A stretch of 64,000 nt of DNA from an uncultured Nitrospiraceae bacterium (GCA_963727775.1 CAVSHB010000001.1:1312001-1376000), one strand, 5' to 3'. Positions 49,903-58,803 are shown, counted from the stretch's first letter. The notes: generated from the sequence alone by a model not told the origin. Translations and numbers: made by a program.

Positions 49903-50616
49903 TCAGTCGATCCTCCCTTCAAACATTTCGGCTATCCGTTCGGCTGTAAGCAGTTCGTTCGTGGTGCCGCATAGCACTTTGCCCTCGTGAAGCCATATGA
50001 CTTGCTCGGCGCCGCGTCGCGCCGCCGCAAAGTCGTGAGTGACGAGCAAGACCGTGATCTTCCTTTCCTTGCGAATCTGCGAGATGAACTCCATCACCGC
50101 ATGCGTCGCATTACGGTCCACACCCGCAGTGGGCTCGTCCAGCACCAGTACATCGGGGCGCGTGGTCAGAGCGCGAGCGATGAGCACGCGCTGTTTCTGG
50201 CCCCCGGAGAGTTCGGCAAAACGCTGGCGGGCAAACTCCTCAGCGCCCGACGCACGCAGGCATTCATACGTGAATGCGCGTTCGACAGGCGGGACAAAAT
50301 GCCCTGCGCGCACGCGTCCATATACGCCCATAAGGGCAACCTCGAACGCAGTCAGCAGATAAATCGAATCGAATTGAATGGATTGGGGTACGTACCCGAA
50401 TACAAGTGGTGCGCCCGCCGATGAGGTATCTATGCGGCCGCCTACCGGTGGAAGCAGTCCAAGCACCGTCTTGAGCAGGGTCGATTTGCCCGAACCGTTT
50501 GCACCGAGAATGGCTGTGAAACTGCCCCGTGCAATAGATAGAGAAATGCCGGATAGCACAGCCTGGTTGTTGTAGCCAATACTTAGGTTGTCCAGTATCA
50601 TAAGTGTTTCATTCAT
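49903..50616 (-). CDS. Metal ABC transporter ATP-binding protein (ZnuC/MntA family)
   Basis: GANGSGKST, GYVPQ, LSGGQKQR, LDEPT and VTHD. Start placed at MNETL. Confidence 0.92.
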   Translation of the reverse strand: MNETLMILDNLSIGYNNQAVLSGISLSIARGSFTAILGANGSGKSTLLKTVLGLLPPVGGRIDTSSAGAPLVFGYVPQSIQFDSIYLLTAFEVALMGVYGRVRAGHFVPPVERAFTYECLRASGAEEFARQRFAELSGGQKQRVLIARALTTRPDVLVLDEPTAGVDRNATHAVMEFISQIRKERKITVLLVTHDFAAARRGAEQVIWLHEGKVLCGTTNELLTAERIAEMFEGRID

Positions 50617-50669
50617 AGTCTGTTGTGTGTGTCCGCCCGATATTTCAGGCGGACACGTTCTCCTTGTCT

Positions 50670-51602
50670 TTATTTCCTCGACTGGACGGCGGTAACCATC
50701 GTGTGAACAATATAGTCCATCATCTTGATGTACGTTTCCGTGTGTGGCACGCCGCCCGGCATGATGGGTAACGTTATCATGGTTGCACCGGTTTGCTCCG
50801 CAATGCGTTTCGGAACTTTCTCTGGGAACTGCGGCTCGCGCACAACAATAGGCACATACTGGGCTTTCATGGCGGCAGTCAGTTCCTCGATGTGACGTGC
50901 TGTCGGATCGATGCCCGGCCTCAGCTCGATCGTGCCGAAATAGTGCATGCCGAAGCGCTCTGCGAAGTATGGCCAATGCTCATGATAGGACACGAACTTA
51001 GTGCCCTTGAGCGGTTTGACTTCCTTCTCCCACTCGGCGATCTTGGCATTGAGCTTGGCGAGATACGCATCGCGGTTGTGTGTGAATTGCGCCTTGTCCT
51101 GTGGTGCGAACTCTACGAGCGCATTATAGATATTCTTAATCGCAGTCTTCGCCAATACCGGATCGAGCATGTAGTGCGGGTTACCGTAGGGGTGAACATC
51201 GCCGGCGGAGTGCTCGGTTGACTTAGGCACATCACGTGGGAAGATGCCTCTGGAGCAGTCCACGTAGCCGGACCTGCCTACCTGGATGCGCGGATTCTTG
51301 CTCGCCTCCAGCAACGCGGGCAGGAAGGCGTGTTCGCAATCAAACCCCACCAGGATCATCAGGTCGGCCCTGTTCATCATGGGCACGAAGCTGGGTTTCA
51401 TCGGCACGCCGTGCGTATCTTCAACGCCGGTAGCCAGGCTGTGGACCTCGACCAAATCCCCACCAACGGCGCGCGTAAAGTCTGCGAGATCGGTGAGTGT
51501 CGTTACAACACGGATTTTGGCCGCATGAGCCGGCATCACACCTATACAAAATACCCCGGCCAGAAAGATGATCGAGAACAAACAAAATAGTTTTGATTTC
51601 AT
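50670..51602 (-). CDS. Metal ABC transporter substrate-binding protein (ZnuA/TroA family)
   Basis: Signal peptide, EDTH, GDVHPYGNPHY and YHEHWPYF. Confidence 0.9.
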   Translation of the reverse strand: MKSKLFCLFSIIFLAGVFCIGVMPAHAAKIRVVTTLTDLADFTRAVGGDLVEVHSLATGVEDTHGVPMKPSFVPMMNRADLMILVGFDCEHAFLPALLEASKNPRIQVGRSGYVDCSRGIFPRDVPKSTEHSAGDVHPYGNPHYMLDPVLAKTAIKNIYNALVEFAPQDKAQFTHNRDAYLAKLNAKIAEWEKEVKPLKGTKFVSYHEHWPYFAERFGMHYFGTIELRPGIDPTARHIEELTAAMKAQYVPIVVREPQFPEKVPKRIAEQTGATMITLPIMPGGVPHTETYIKMMDYIVHTMVTAVQSRK

Positions 51603-51625
51603 ATTGACATTCATCCTTTCCATAT

Positions 51626-53110
51626 TCAGCGTTGCTGCCATCCATGCGAGTGTGAGCCGATGATCCACGCCCATTGCAGGTAAACGGCATTATCGGAGCG
51701 CAGACCGGATGCGACTGCTACGGCATTGCGGTCGGTGTATGTATATTGAAGCCGCAGTTGGTTCCAGTGGCTGAGCGCCCAGGTGATAAACGGAGAATAT
51801 TCGTAAGTCTTGGCTTTGTTGTCCTGGGCATCCTCCACAAAGCCAAACAAGAAGCCGGTTGACCACTGCCTGTGGAACTTGTAATTGAGATACGAGTAAA
51901 GGCCTAAGGAGCCGACAGACAGGCTGGACAGGGCGCTGCCCGAGGGATCCGTCATGTCATAACGGTTGCTGCTGTGAAGCACTTCAGTACCCCAGGTAAG
52001 GCTCTGGAACTGATTGTTACGGAGCGGCTTCCAACTGAGCGCCAGGTCTGCTCCTACCAGACGGCGCTCGCGTTCGGTGAACGTGCTGCCGGCTACCGTA
52101 GGAAACAGAGGATTAACACCGCCTGGGTCCGACCACTGTCCGGCCGTCTTTGGATTCCAGAGGCCTGAAACGCCGGATTCGAGTGAGATATCTGGTGTCA
52201 GATCGAAATATGTGGACAAGCGTCCAAAGTAATTCCAGCCGCTTAAATGACGGAATTGGCCAACATCGTTAGGTGGGTTGTCGCCTCCGAACTGGTTGCC
52301 AACGCCCACTGTCAGGTTGATATAATGCTCGACAGGCACCAACCAGTTGACCTGTATGCCGTCAGTCCTCGATTCGCCGCCTATGTATTGGGCGAGCACG
52401 AGTGGACGGTTCACGAAAGGCAGCTCATGATCGTGGATGTATGACAGCCGGCCGAACTCACCAAAGAACCGGCCCGCCTTCACAGTGAGGTTCCCAGGCA
52501 GCGACTCAGTCTGGAGCGCTGCCTCTTCGATACCAAAAGTCGACTCTCCGGTGTGGGCATCGACTGATGCGTTGGCCACTACATAGGCCTTCGCAAACGG
52601 GTCTACAGAAGCGGCCGCGTTTAGTTCCACGGAACGTTGGAATGCGTCGAACCCGCCGGGCCGGTCACTTCCCGTCTGCGCCGATCCCCTTCCGCGATAC
52701 GAGAAGAGCGTCTCACCCACGAGGCCGATAGAAGGATTGAAAACGCTCGGGACGGTCTTTGTCTGCGCCTCGGCCACCTGATCCACCTTCTCTTTCAACT
52801 CCTGTACCTGCTGCTGTATCTGCCCGGCCGCCAGCGGCGTCTCATTGACAGAGGCACTCTCGGTCGCTGCAGAAGGTTGGGTCTGTCTGACTTCAGCTTT
52901 CAATTCTTCTATCAACTTCCGTTGCTCAGCAATGGTTTGCTCCTGTTTTCTCAGGATTTCTTGAAGTCCTCTTATTTCCTTGATAGTTTGCTCTTGCTTC
53001 TTGAGGGTTTTCTCAAGAGCTTTTACCCGGTCTTCCAAGGTTTCAGCGAATACGCCTGTTGAAAACAATGACAAGATAAATAGCGTGATAAACATGCTCA
53101 TGATTTTCAT
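51626..53110 (-). CDS. Outer-membrane beta-barrel protein with N-terminal coiled coil (putative metal porin)
   Basis: Signal peptide, coiled coil, FNPSI, ASVDPF, IEEA, HDHELPFV.RP and C-terminal GSHSH. Confidence 0.75.
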   Translation of the reverse strand: MKIMSMFITLFILSLFSTGVFAETLEDRVKALEKTLKKQEQTIKEIRGLQEILRKQEQTIAEQRKLIEELKAEVRQTQPSAATESASVNETPLAAGQIQQQVQELKEKVDQVAEAQTKTVPSVFNPSIGLVGETLFSYRGRGSAQTGSDRPGGFDAFQRSVELNAAASVDPFAKAYVVANASVDAHTGESTFGIEEAALQTESLPGNLTVKAGRFFGEFGRLSYIHDHELPFVNRPLVLAQYIGGESRTDGIQVNWLVPVEHYINLTVGVGNQFGGDNPPNDVGQFRHLSGWNYFGRLSTYFDLTPDISLESGVSGLWNPKTAGQWSDPGGVNPLFPTVAGSTFTERERRLVGADLALSWKPLRNNQFQSLTWGTEVLHSSNRYDMTDPSGSALSSLSVGSLGLYSYLNYKFHRQWSTGFLFGFVEDAQDNKAKTYEYSPFITWALSHWNQLRLQYTYTDRNAVAVASGLRSDNAVYLQWAWIIGSHSHGWQQR

Positions 53111-53153
53111 GATGGGACCTCCACCTTTCAGTTCTTACAATGAAAATGCACAC

Positions 53154-53167
53154 GCAAATGGCTTGCA
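53154..53167 (-). promoter_or_regulatory. Candidate Zur-type operator (TGCAA-N5-TTGC)
   Basis: Palindrome GCAA-ATGGC-TTGC about 45 bp upstream of the porin start. Confidence 0.4.
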
Positions 53168-53209
53168 CTTGACGCGTGACAATAAAATTGAATGTAGTAT
53201 TGTAAGAAC

Positions 53210-53518
53210 TTAAGCGGGAGGCGCCCGGCAGGTTAGGAGAGTAAGTCGTATGCAGTCATAAAGAAACGGCTTTGTCGGTACTTCATAATTAGAAACGGTC
53301 TGATGAATTGCAAGAGAAAAACTATTGATGCTTGCAGGAGAAAAGTGATGACCGGCTGCGCAAACAGGGCAATCGTGGTGGTCGATGTCGTTATCATGAT
53401 GATAGTGAAAAGCCGTTGCTAAGGTGGCGAAAAGGAAAAGGATTAAAAAGAGAAAGGTTAGTTTCCCTGTCTTTCGAGTACGGCCGTTTTCTAAGCGCAT
53501 TTTTCGAATCATCAGCAT
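53210..53518 (-). CDS. DUF2946-like leader protein with His-rich/CxxC motif and C-terminal RAPP
   Basis: TM/signal segment, HYHHDNDIDHHDCPVC and terminal CRAPPA*. Confidence 0.8.
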   Translation of the reverse strand: MLMIRKMRLENGRTRKTGKLTFLFLILFLFATLATAFHYHHDNDIDHHDCPVCAAGHHFSPASINSFSLAIHQTVSNYEVPTKPFLYDCIRLTLLTCRAPPA

Positions 53519-53543
53519 CGTTTATAAATATAGAACAATTTAT

Positions 53544-53571
53544 ATTATGAACTTTTTACTCTTCATGTCAA
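53544..53571 (-). promoter_or_regulatory. Sigma70-type promoter candidate for the RAPP leader gene
   Basis: TTGACA-16 bp-CATAAT. Confidence 0.55.
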
Positions 53572-53596
53572 GAAAGCAAATACAAACATCTTCAAT

Positions 53597-54343
53597 TTAC
53601 TTATTTAAACGAAATGCCACCGGTACCAGTACCCATTCGTCAATCGGGGTCTCCCCTTGACGCGCTGGAACAAAGCGCCAGTTTTTTACGGCCTCAGCAG
53701 CGGCATTATCCAAAAGTTTGTAACCAGAGGAGCGGGATATATCAATTTTAACTGCTTTTCCTTCCCGGCTTACCAGCACCTTCAACGTCACTACTCCTTC
53801 CATTCCCATTCGTCTGGCCGAAGCAGGGTAGGCAGGTTTCGGATTGTTCAAATAGGCAGCACCAAACTGGGGAGGGATAACCGAAACAGTAGAAGTACTG
53901 GGTGAGACTTGAGGGTAGATTTGAACAGAGGGCTGGACGGTATTTGATGCCGCTTTATTGCCGGACGGCAAGCTTGTTTCAGGCACTGAAACAGTAGGCG
54001 TGGAGATGGACGGAGCGAGCGTCTCAACTTTGGGCTTAACCTCAGAGGTAGGCGGGCTCGTCGGTTGTTGTATTGGAGCGGGTGTTTGCGGCGGCGATTG
54101 GTGTATCGGCTTGGGCCTTGAAGGTATCGAAACAGCTGTGTGCTTGGCTGGCAACGGCAGCTCAATGAATTGCGCATCTATGGGTTCTAATGACTGGGAC
54201 TGCTCGGCTATCTGTCCCAGCAGTAGCCCGAATCCCCATAGCATCACTCCCCATATCAGTAGAGCCGTTAACAAAACCCAAGGCAGACGCTGCCAAGGGT
54301 TATCGATATCGGCAGATTGACGTGACAAAAAGTCTCTATTCAA
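53597..54343 (-). CDS. tonB: Energy transducer TonB
   Basis: TM anchor, Pro-rich linker, NPKPAYP.SARR.GMEG.V, SSGY.LLD.AA and WRFVPA. Confidence 0.92.
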   Translation of the reverse strand: MNRDFLSRQSADIDNPWQRLPWVLLTALLIWGVMLWGFGLLLGQIAEQSQSLEPIDAQFIELPLPAKHTAVSIPSRPKPIHQSPPQTPAPIQQPTSPPTSEVKPKVETLAPSISTPTVSVPETSLPSGNKAASNTVQPSVQIYPQVSPSTSTVSVIPPQFGAAYLNNPKPAYPASARRMGMEGVVTLKVLVSREGKAVKIDISRSSGYKLLDNAAAEAVKNWRFVPARQGETPIDEWVLVPVAFRLNK

Positions 54344-54740
54344 CGTACTTCACTGCAATCAGAAAATGTTCTGCTCCTGCATGGCGGGCCTCGAGCATGG
54401 CTCGTACCACCACTCCTTCCGGTGCTGCACTATCTGCAGCAACAATGATGTGACCATCCGAATCCTTTAACATGGGATGTAAAGTTCCGGCCAGAGCGTT
54501 AAGCGTCACAGGGGTGCTGTCTAATAAGATTGCGCTCTCCTTAGTCACAGTCAGTGTTACCGGGGTTCTGGCCTGCATCGGTGTAGCCTTGCCCTGTGGA
54601 AGATCAATGGGCAGGGAATGGAGTTTTTGCAAGGCAAGTGACGCAAGCATAAAGGTTGCCAGAAGGAAAAACATTACGTCAATCATAGGTATAATTTCTA
54701 TGCGCCCTCGACGGGACTGCCGGGACCTACGTAGTCTCAT
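54336..54740 (-). CDS. exbD: ExbD
   Basis: IEIIPMIDVMFFLLATF motif. Confidence 0.93.
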   Translation of the reverse strand: MRLRRSRQSRRGRIEIIPMIDVMFFLLATFMLASLALQKLHSLPIDLPQGKATPMQARTPVTLTVTKESAILLDSTPVTLNALAGTLHPMLKDSDGHIIVAADSAAPEGVVVRAMLEARHAGAEHFLIAVKYVE

Positions 54741-55380
54741 GACCACCTCCATTCTTTTCCTGATCCATTCGGATATGATCTACCAGTCGTGTACCAAGGC
54801 GTTCCATTTCATCCATAGTCCTGGATTGCAGGTGCGCAAAGAAGTTAAATGCAAACAGGGCAATAAGGGCAATGATAAGGCCAAGAGTGGTCGCTATTAG
54901 CGCTTGGGCCACTCCACCCGTTATTCCGGTTGGATTTACCAGCCCGGTGCCGCCAATCAACTTGAATGACTCCATCATGCCTATGATTGTCCCTACCAGA
55001 CCAAGCAGTGGCGCCGCAGTCACGATGGTCTCCAACACCCAGAGCCCCCTGTTTAAGGCCTTTTCTATCAACTGCGCCTCGTCTGCAGCACGAGACTCTA
55101 CCCACCAGGCAGGGTTAGCGCGGTTGTCCAGGATCACCTGGAAGAAACGTCTGAAGTAGTTTCCAGGCACAAAAGACTTTATCTGCTCGTCCAATTCTGT
55201 CCATGCAAAACTATAGGTCTCCACCAGTACGAGCAGCGAGGCAGACAGCTTGACATAACGCCTATATACGAACGCCTTATCTATGATAATAGTAAGGGCT
55301 ATAATCCCCAAAAGCAACAGCGGATACACCATCATACCGCCGAATTGCAGGGCCTTTAATGAATTAGAAAAATCGTGCAT
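54727..55380 (-). CDS. exbB: ExbB (MotA/TolQ/ExbB family)
   Basis: APLLGLVGTIIGM and GGVAQALIAT..GL motifs. Confidence 0.93.
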   Translation of the reverse strand: MHDFSNSLKALQFGGMMVYPLLLLGIIALTIIIDKAFVYRRYVKLSASLLVLVETYSFAWTELDEQIKSFVPGNYFRRFFQVILDNRANPAWWVESRAADEAQLIEKALNRGLWVLETIVTAAPLLGLVGTIIGMMESFKLIGGTGLVNPTGITGGVAQALIATTLGLIIALIALFAFNFFAHLQSRTMDEMERLGTRLVDHIRMDQEKNGGGHETT

Positions 55381-55424
55381 ATTCACACTCCTTCTTGAAT
55401 GAAATATATTTATCTTCCATGCGC

Positions 55425-57530
55425 CTAAAAGTAGTATATGACGCTTAGGCGAGCGGTAATCGGTTCTACCGGTTTAAAGTGTCTATCATTTACGCCCTGC
55501 AAGGGCTCCCCCGGCAGCCTGGAGGTATAATAATACGCAATGTCGCTGGCCTTGCTATTGAGTAAGTTCAACCCTTCCAATTCCATCGTCAAGTGCTTAG
55601 AGAATTTGTACCCTATTTGTGCTTCCACCAGGGTTGTGGCCCCTTCATGTTGGCTGTTGTCCTCTATAAGCGGGTACCCTCCAAGATAGCGCACCCTCAA
55701 GGATCCAAAATACGGACCTATATCATGTATTGATACACCCAGGGACCCAACACCTTGAACTGCGCCGGGTATATAATCTCCAACGACGCCGGGAACTTGC
55801 GGACCCGTAGAGCGGGCCTTGGTATATGCATAATCCAAGTCAATCGTTAACCAAGGGGTGGGGGTATAATAGTTGGCAAATTCAAATCCCGTCCGCAGGC
55901 TGGGACGGCCCGGCGAGGTCTCACCGCTATCTCCGTCCCACTGAAGTTCTGAGTCGAAATGCAACTGAAAAAATGTCAGTGAACTCTGAAGCTTTGGAAT
56001 GATAGCAGTGCGTGCGCCGACCTCATATCCCCTGGAACGTACCAACGGCGCAACTCGTTGATTCGGGCCCGCCGTTGGGTCGCTTATAGGAACCGAGGTG
56101 TCGATAGTGCTACGGGCGTCATTACTGTGAAAGCCCTCTCCCGAGTTGATATAGAACTCTGTCTTGGCCCAAGGACCGAATATCAAGCTTAACTTGGGAT
56201 TTACCATGCTGGCGGATGTTCTCCCCGAATTGGCGGTCACGCTTTTGTCGCTTATCTGCAAAAAGTCAACGCGGACACCAGCTTCGGTACGAAACTTTTC
56301 AAACCAATGGAAAGTGTTTTGAAAATACGCTGCTTCGCTGGATTCGACCACGTGGTCGTCCCGCCAAACAGTAAGAACTTGACGATCTTCAGTATGGTTA
56401 AGACCGACATGAATATTGTCATTTTGCAGTTGTATACCTACTTCATTCTCCACCTCATGTCCAAACCATTTGCCAGTCAAGGTATGGCTGGCGTTTAATG
56501 CGCTCATTGTTCTCTTGTCATGCTGTTCAAATTGATCCCCATGGATAGGGTCATCAAGAAAATAGGTGAAGTTTGAATATAACTCCATCGTCTTGTCGAT
56601 AAAATAGAGATTTGCTTTGGTAACGGAATTACCGGTAGTATGCTGCCAGGCCCCGGATAGACTGTAACGGCGAGTATAAGTGAAGTCACTTGGGTCAATA
56701 TAGCCGAAACGCGATATTAAACCCTCGGTTACTGCGCGTTCGGGAATCTGGTTAGTGGCTACCCCCTGGCTTGTATACGCCATTGCAGAGAAGGTAAAGC
56801 GGTCTTGCCCTTCAACTATAGTATAGCGCAACACTCCATTGACTTTTCGGAAGTCTGCGGTATTGGTCCACGGGCCATCGTTATGTATGTATTCCATAGC
56901 CCCGAGAAGGTTTCCTCCCAACAGCTTCATCGAGTCGGCAACAAGGCCGCGCTCATAACCCTGAAATCCCACGGTCGTCTTGGCCATCCCCTGATCCAGA
57001 GTATCTACATAGTTGATGTCAATGGCGCCTACAGAAGAGAAATCCCCGTACTCAGCATAGTAAGGCCCTTTTCTATATTGCATGTTGCTGATGAGTTCGG
57101 GTATCATGAAGTTCAAATCGGAATATCCCTGGCCATGCGCATTAGTGCGTTCATTGACTAACATGCCATCAACGGTAATCCGCAGGTCCGTACCGTGATC
57201 GAGATTAACACCCCTGAGAAAATATTGGTTGGCCTTTCCTTCTCCACTGTGCTGGGTCACGATCAGTCCCGGTGTTACTTCCAATAATTCGCCAATTCGG
57301 TTGTAAGGCCGCGATTGTACCTCCTCCCTCGGGACGGTCCCTTCATTTGCAGAGTCAGCTGTGCCGATCAGATTTTCGGTGGTATCAGTGACCACCACTT
57401 CCTGCAAAGTCTGGATACCGCCAGCGTTGGCCAATGAGACAAAAATCAAGCTAAGTAGCACCACGAATAATTTAGAACAGACTCGGGTCGTTCTCGGTGT
57501 GACATTAAATCGTGCGCGGGGTCTTCTCAT
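55425..57530 (-). CDS. TonB-dependent receptor
   Basis: TonB box EVVVT, plug QHSGEGKANQYFLRG.NLDHGTD and C-terminal Phe. RBS AGGAGGAG before ATG 57530. Confidence 0.92.
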   Translation of the reverse strand: MRRPRARFNVTPRTTRVCSKLFVVLLSLIFVSLANAGGIQTLQEVVVTDTTENLIGTADSANEGTVPREEVQSRPYNRIGELLEVTPGLIVTQHSGEGKANQYFLRGVNLDHGTDLRITVDGMLVNERTNAHGQGYSDLNFMIPELISNMQYRKGPYYAEYGDFSSVGAIDINYVDTLDQGMAKTTVGFQGYERGLVADSMKLLGGNLLGAMEYIHNDGPWTNTADFRKVNGVLRYTIVEGQDRFTFSAMAYTSQGVATNQIPERAVTEGLISRFGYIDPSDFTYTRRYSLSGAWQHTTGNSVTKANLYFIDKTMELYSNFTYFLDDPIHGDQFEQHDKRTMSALNASHTLTGKWFGHEVENEVGIQLQNDNIHVGLNHTEDRQVLTVWRDDHVVESSEAAYFQNTFHWFEKFRTEAGVRVDFLQISDKSVTANSGRTSASMVNPKLSLIFGPWAKTEFYINSGEGFHSNDARSTIDTSVPISDPTAGPNQRVAPLVRSRGYEVGARTAIIPKLQSSLTFFQLHFDSELQWDGDSGETSPGRPSLRTGFEFANYYTPTPWLTIDLDYAYTKARSTGPQVPGVVGDYIPGAVQGVGSLGVSIHDIGPYFGSLRVRYLGGYPLIEDNSQHEGATTLVEAQIGYKFSKHLTMELEGLNLLNSKASDIAYYYTSRLPGEPLQGVNDRHFKPVEPITARLSVIYYF

Positions 57531-57644
57531 AAAATCTCCTCCTGAAAAATAAAAAATAAAAAGCCACAAAGGCATTGTCTGCTATATATAATTCCTTCCA
57601 TATTGCCTCTCACAATTCATATTGAATGTTGCATTCGCCACTGT

Positions 57645-57845
57645 TCAACTGATCATCCTTTTGGCTTCTTCAAAGCGTCTGTTCAATCTTTTATGCTCCA
57701 TATAAAGCCTTACGAGTGTCCTTAACAATTCTTCATTACCAATAGAAGAGACCTTTTCCGCCCAGTCCATGTAAATCTTTGCGTGCTCGTTGTTATGCTC
57801 CGTCCAGTAATTGAGCAACCTTTTGAGTTTTTCCAGTTGTTCCAT
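57645..57845 (-). CDS. Small helical protein with W.EHN.EH motif (putative metal binding)
   Basis: MEQLEKLKRLLNYWTEHNNEHAKIYMDWAEK with RBS GGAGG. Confidence 0.7.
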   Translation of the reverse strand: MEQLEKLKRLLNYWTEHNNEHAKIYMDWAEKVSSIGNEELLRTLVRLYMEHKRLNRRFEEAKRMIS

Positions 57846-57854
57846 GAGTCCTCC

Positions 57855-57908
57855 AAATAAAAAAGCCATGAAAGATCACCTTCGGGTGAAATGCCTTCAT
57901 GGCTTTTT
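57855..57908 (-). terminator. Leader terminator/attenuator hairpin, copy 2
   Basis: AAAAAGCCAUGAAGG-(UCACC CGAA GGUGA)-CUUUCAUGGCUUUUUUAUUU directly before the RBS. Confidence 0.75.
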
Positions 57909-58000
57909 CTGAAATGTTCTTTAAATGTTTTTTTGTTTCAGCCCTTCAGGGCTTTTGAATCTTCAGCAGCGCCTTTTCAAAAAGCCCTCTTTCCCGTCGA

Positions 58001-58061
58001 AAATAAAAAAACCCCGAAAGCTTTTTGACCTGCTGGTCATTTTTTAAGCCTTCGTGGCTTT
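58001..58061 (-). terminator. Leader terminator/attenuator hairpin, copy 1
   Basis: AAAGCCACGAAGGCU-(UGACC AGCA GGUCA)-AGCUUUCGGGGUUUUUUUAUUU. Confidence 0.7.
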
Positions 58062-58119
58062 AATTCCTGATATTTCTTATAAAACAGCTTAGACTCTGAA
58101 CTTCATGTTCGGATAATTT

Positions 58120-58149
58120 AACATACCCCAAAATACAGAAATCCGTCAA
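58120..58149 (-). promoter_or_regulatory. Promoter candidate for the TonB operon leader
   Basis: TTGACG-18 bp-TATGTT. Confidence 0.45.
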
Positions 58150-58235
58150 GCATTTTTTACAACCCTTCGCGGTAGCGTTGAGTCGTGCTACTCCACCACT
58201 CTAAGCATTTTCACTTAAATACCCATTACGTTTAT

Positions 58236-58493
58236 CTATTTGTGCTTGTGGATTTCTTTCGCGTGTCCGGGATGCTTATGTTCATGAGGTCCGTGTTTGC
58301 CCGCATGCTCATGATTGTGAACCTCGGCTTTGCCTTTATGGTCATGTTCATGGCTGTGCTTATGCGGGTGCTCGTGATCGTGCGCGTGGGAATGTTCATG
58401 ACTATGTTTCTCGTCCTTGTGAAGATGCTCGTGGTCGTGAGTATGAGCATGCTTATGCGCATGCTCATGTTTGTGTTCATGTTCACCTTTCAT
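58236..58493 (-). CDS. Histidine-rich (HX)n small protein, putative metal storage/chaperone
   Basis: 33 His in 85 aa. RBS AGGAGG lies 7 nt before ATG. Confidence 0.8.
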   Translation of the reverse strand: MKGEHEHKHEHAHKHAHTHDHEHLHKDEKHSHEHSHAHDHEHPHKHSHEHDHKGKAEVHNHEHAGKHGPHEHKHPGHAKEIHKHK

Positions 58494-58608
58494 AATAAAT
58501 CCTCCTATCAGATTGGTTGATTATTTCTTAGAATCCTGATCCGTCTGACGATATGGCATGGTTCTCAGCGAAACATAGGCCCTCCTATACTCTTGAGGAA
58601 AAGGTCAT

Positions 58609-58803
58609 CTATACTGTAACTGCCTCCACACAGTCTTGCCTCCACAGGCAATTTAACTGATCACACTCATTAACAGAGTGAGTCGCAAAACAATCGGAAT
58701 TTCCCTCTGCCCTCTGTATGTCCCTGATCAATTTTGTCTTATTCATATTCCCAGCCTTGATGCCCATCCTCTTTGCTATTTCTTTAATTTTCTCTTTTTC
58801 CAT
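58609..58803 (-). CDS. Small SAP/Rho_N-like domain protein with four Cys
   Basis: IAKRMGIK...K..LIR.IQRAEGN.DCF...C.Q..CLWR.DC with RBS GAGG. Confidence 0.8.
   Translation of the reverse strand: MEKEKIKEIAKRMGIKAGNMNKTKLIRDIQRAEGNSDCFATHSVNECDQLNCLWRQDCVEAVTV

Noticed and set aside
50617..50976. N-terminal extension of the ABC ATPase in the ORF track
   Set aside because: Overlaps the SBP gene in another frame, and ATPase similarity starts at MNETL.
57846..58120. Cobalamin riboswitch upstream of the TonB receptor
   Set aside because: No recognisable B12-box or conserved core. Kept instead as an unclassified element.
58185..58520. Met-rich and Thr/Met-rich ORFs overlapping the His-rich gene
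   Set aside because: Alternative-frame products of CAT/CAC repeats. The His frame has the best-placed RBS and fits the metal context.
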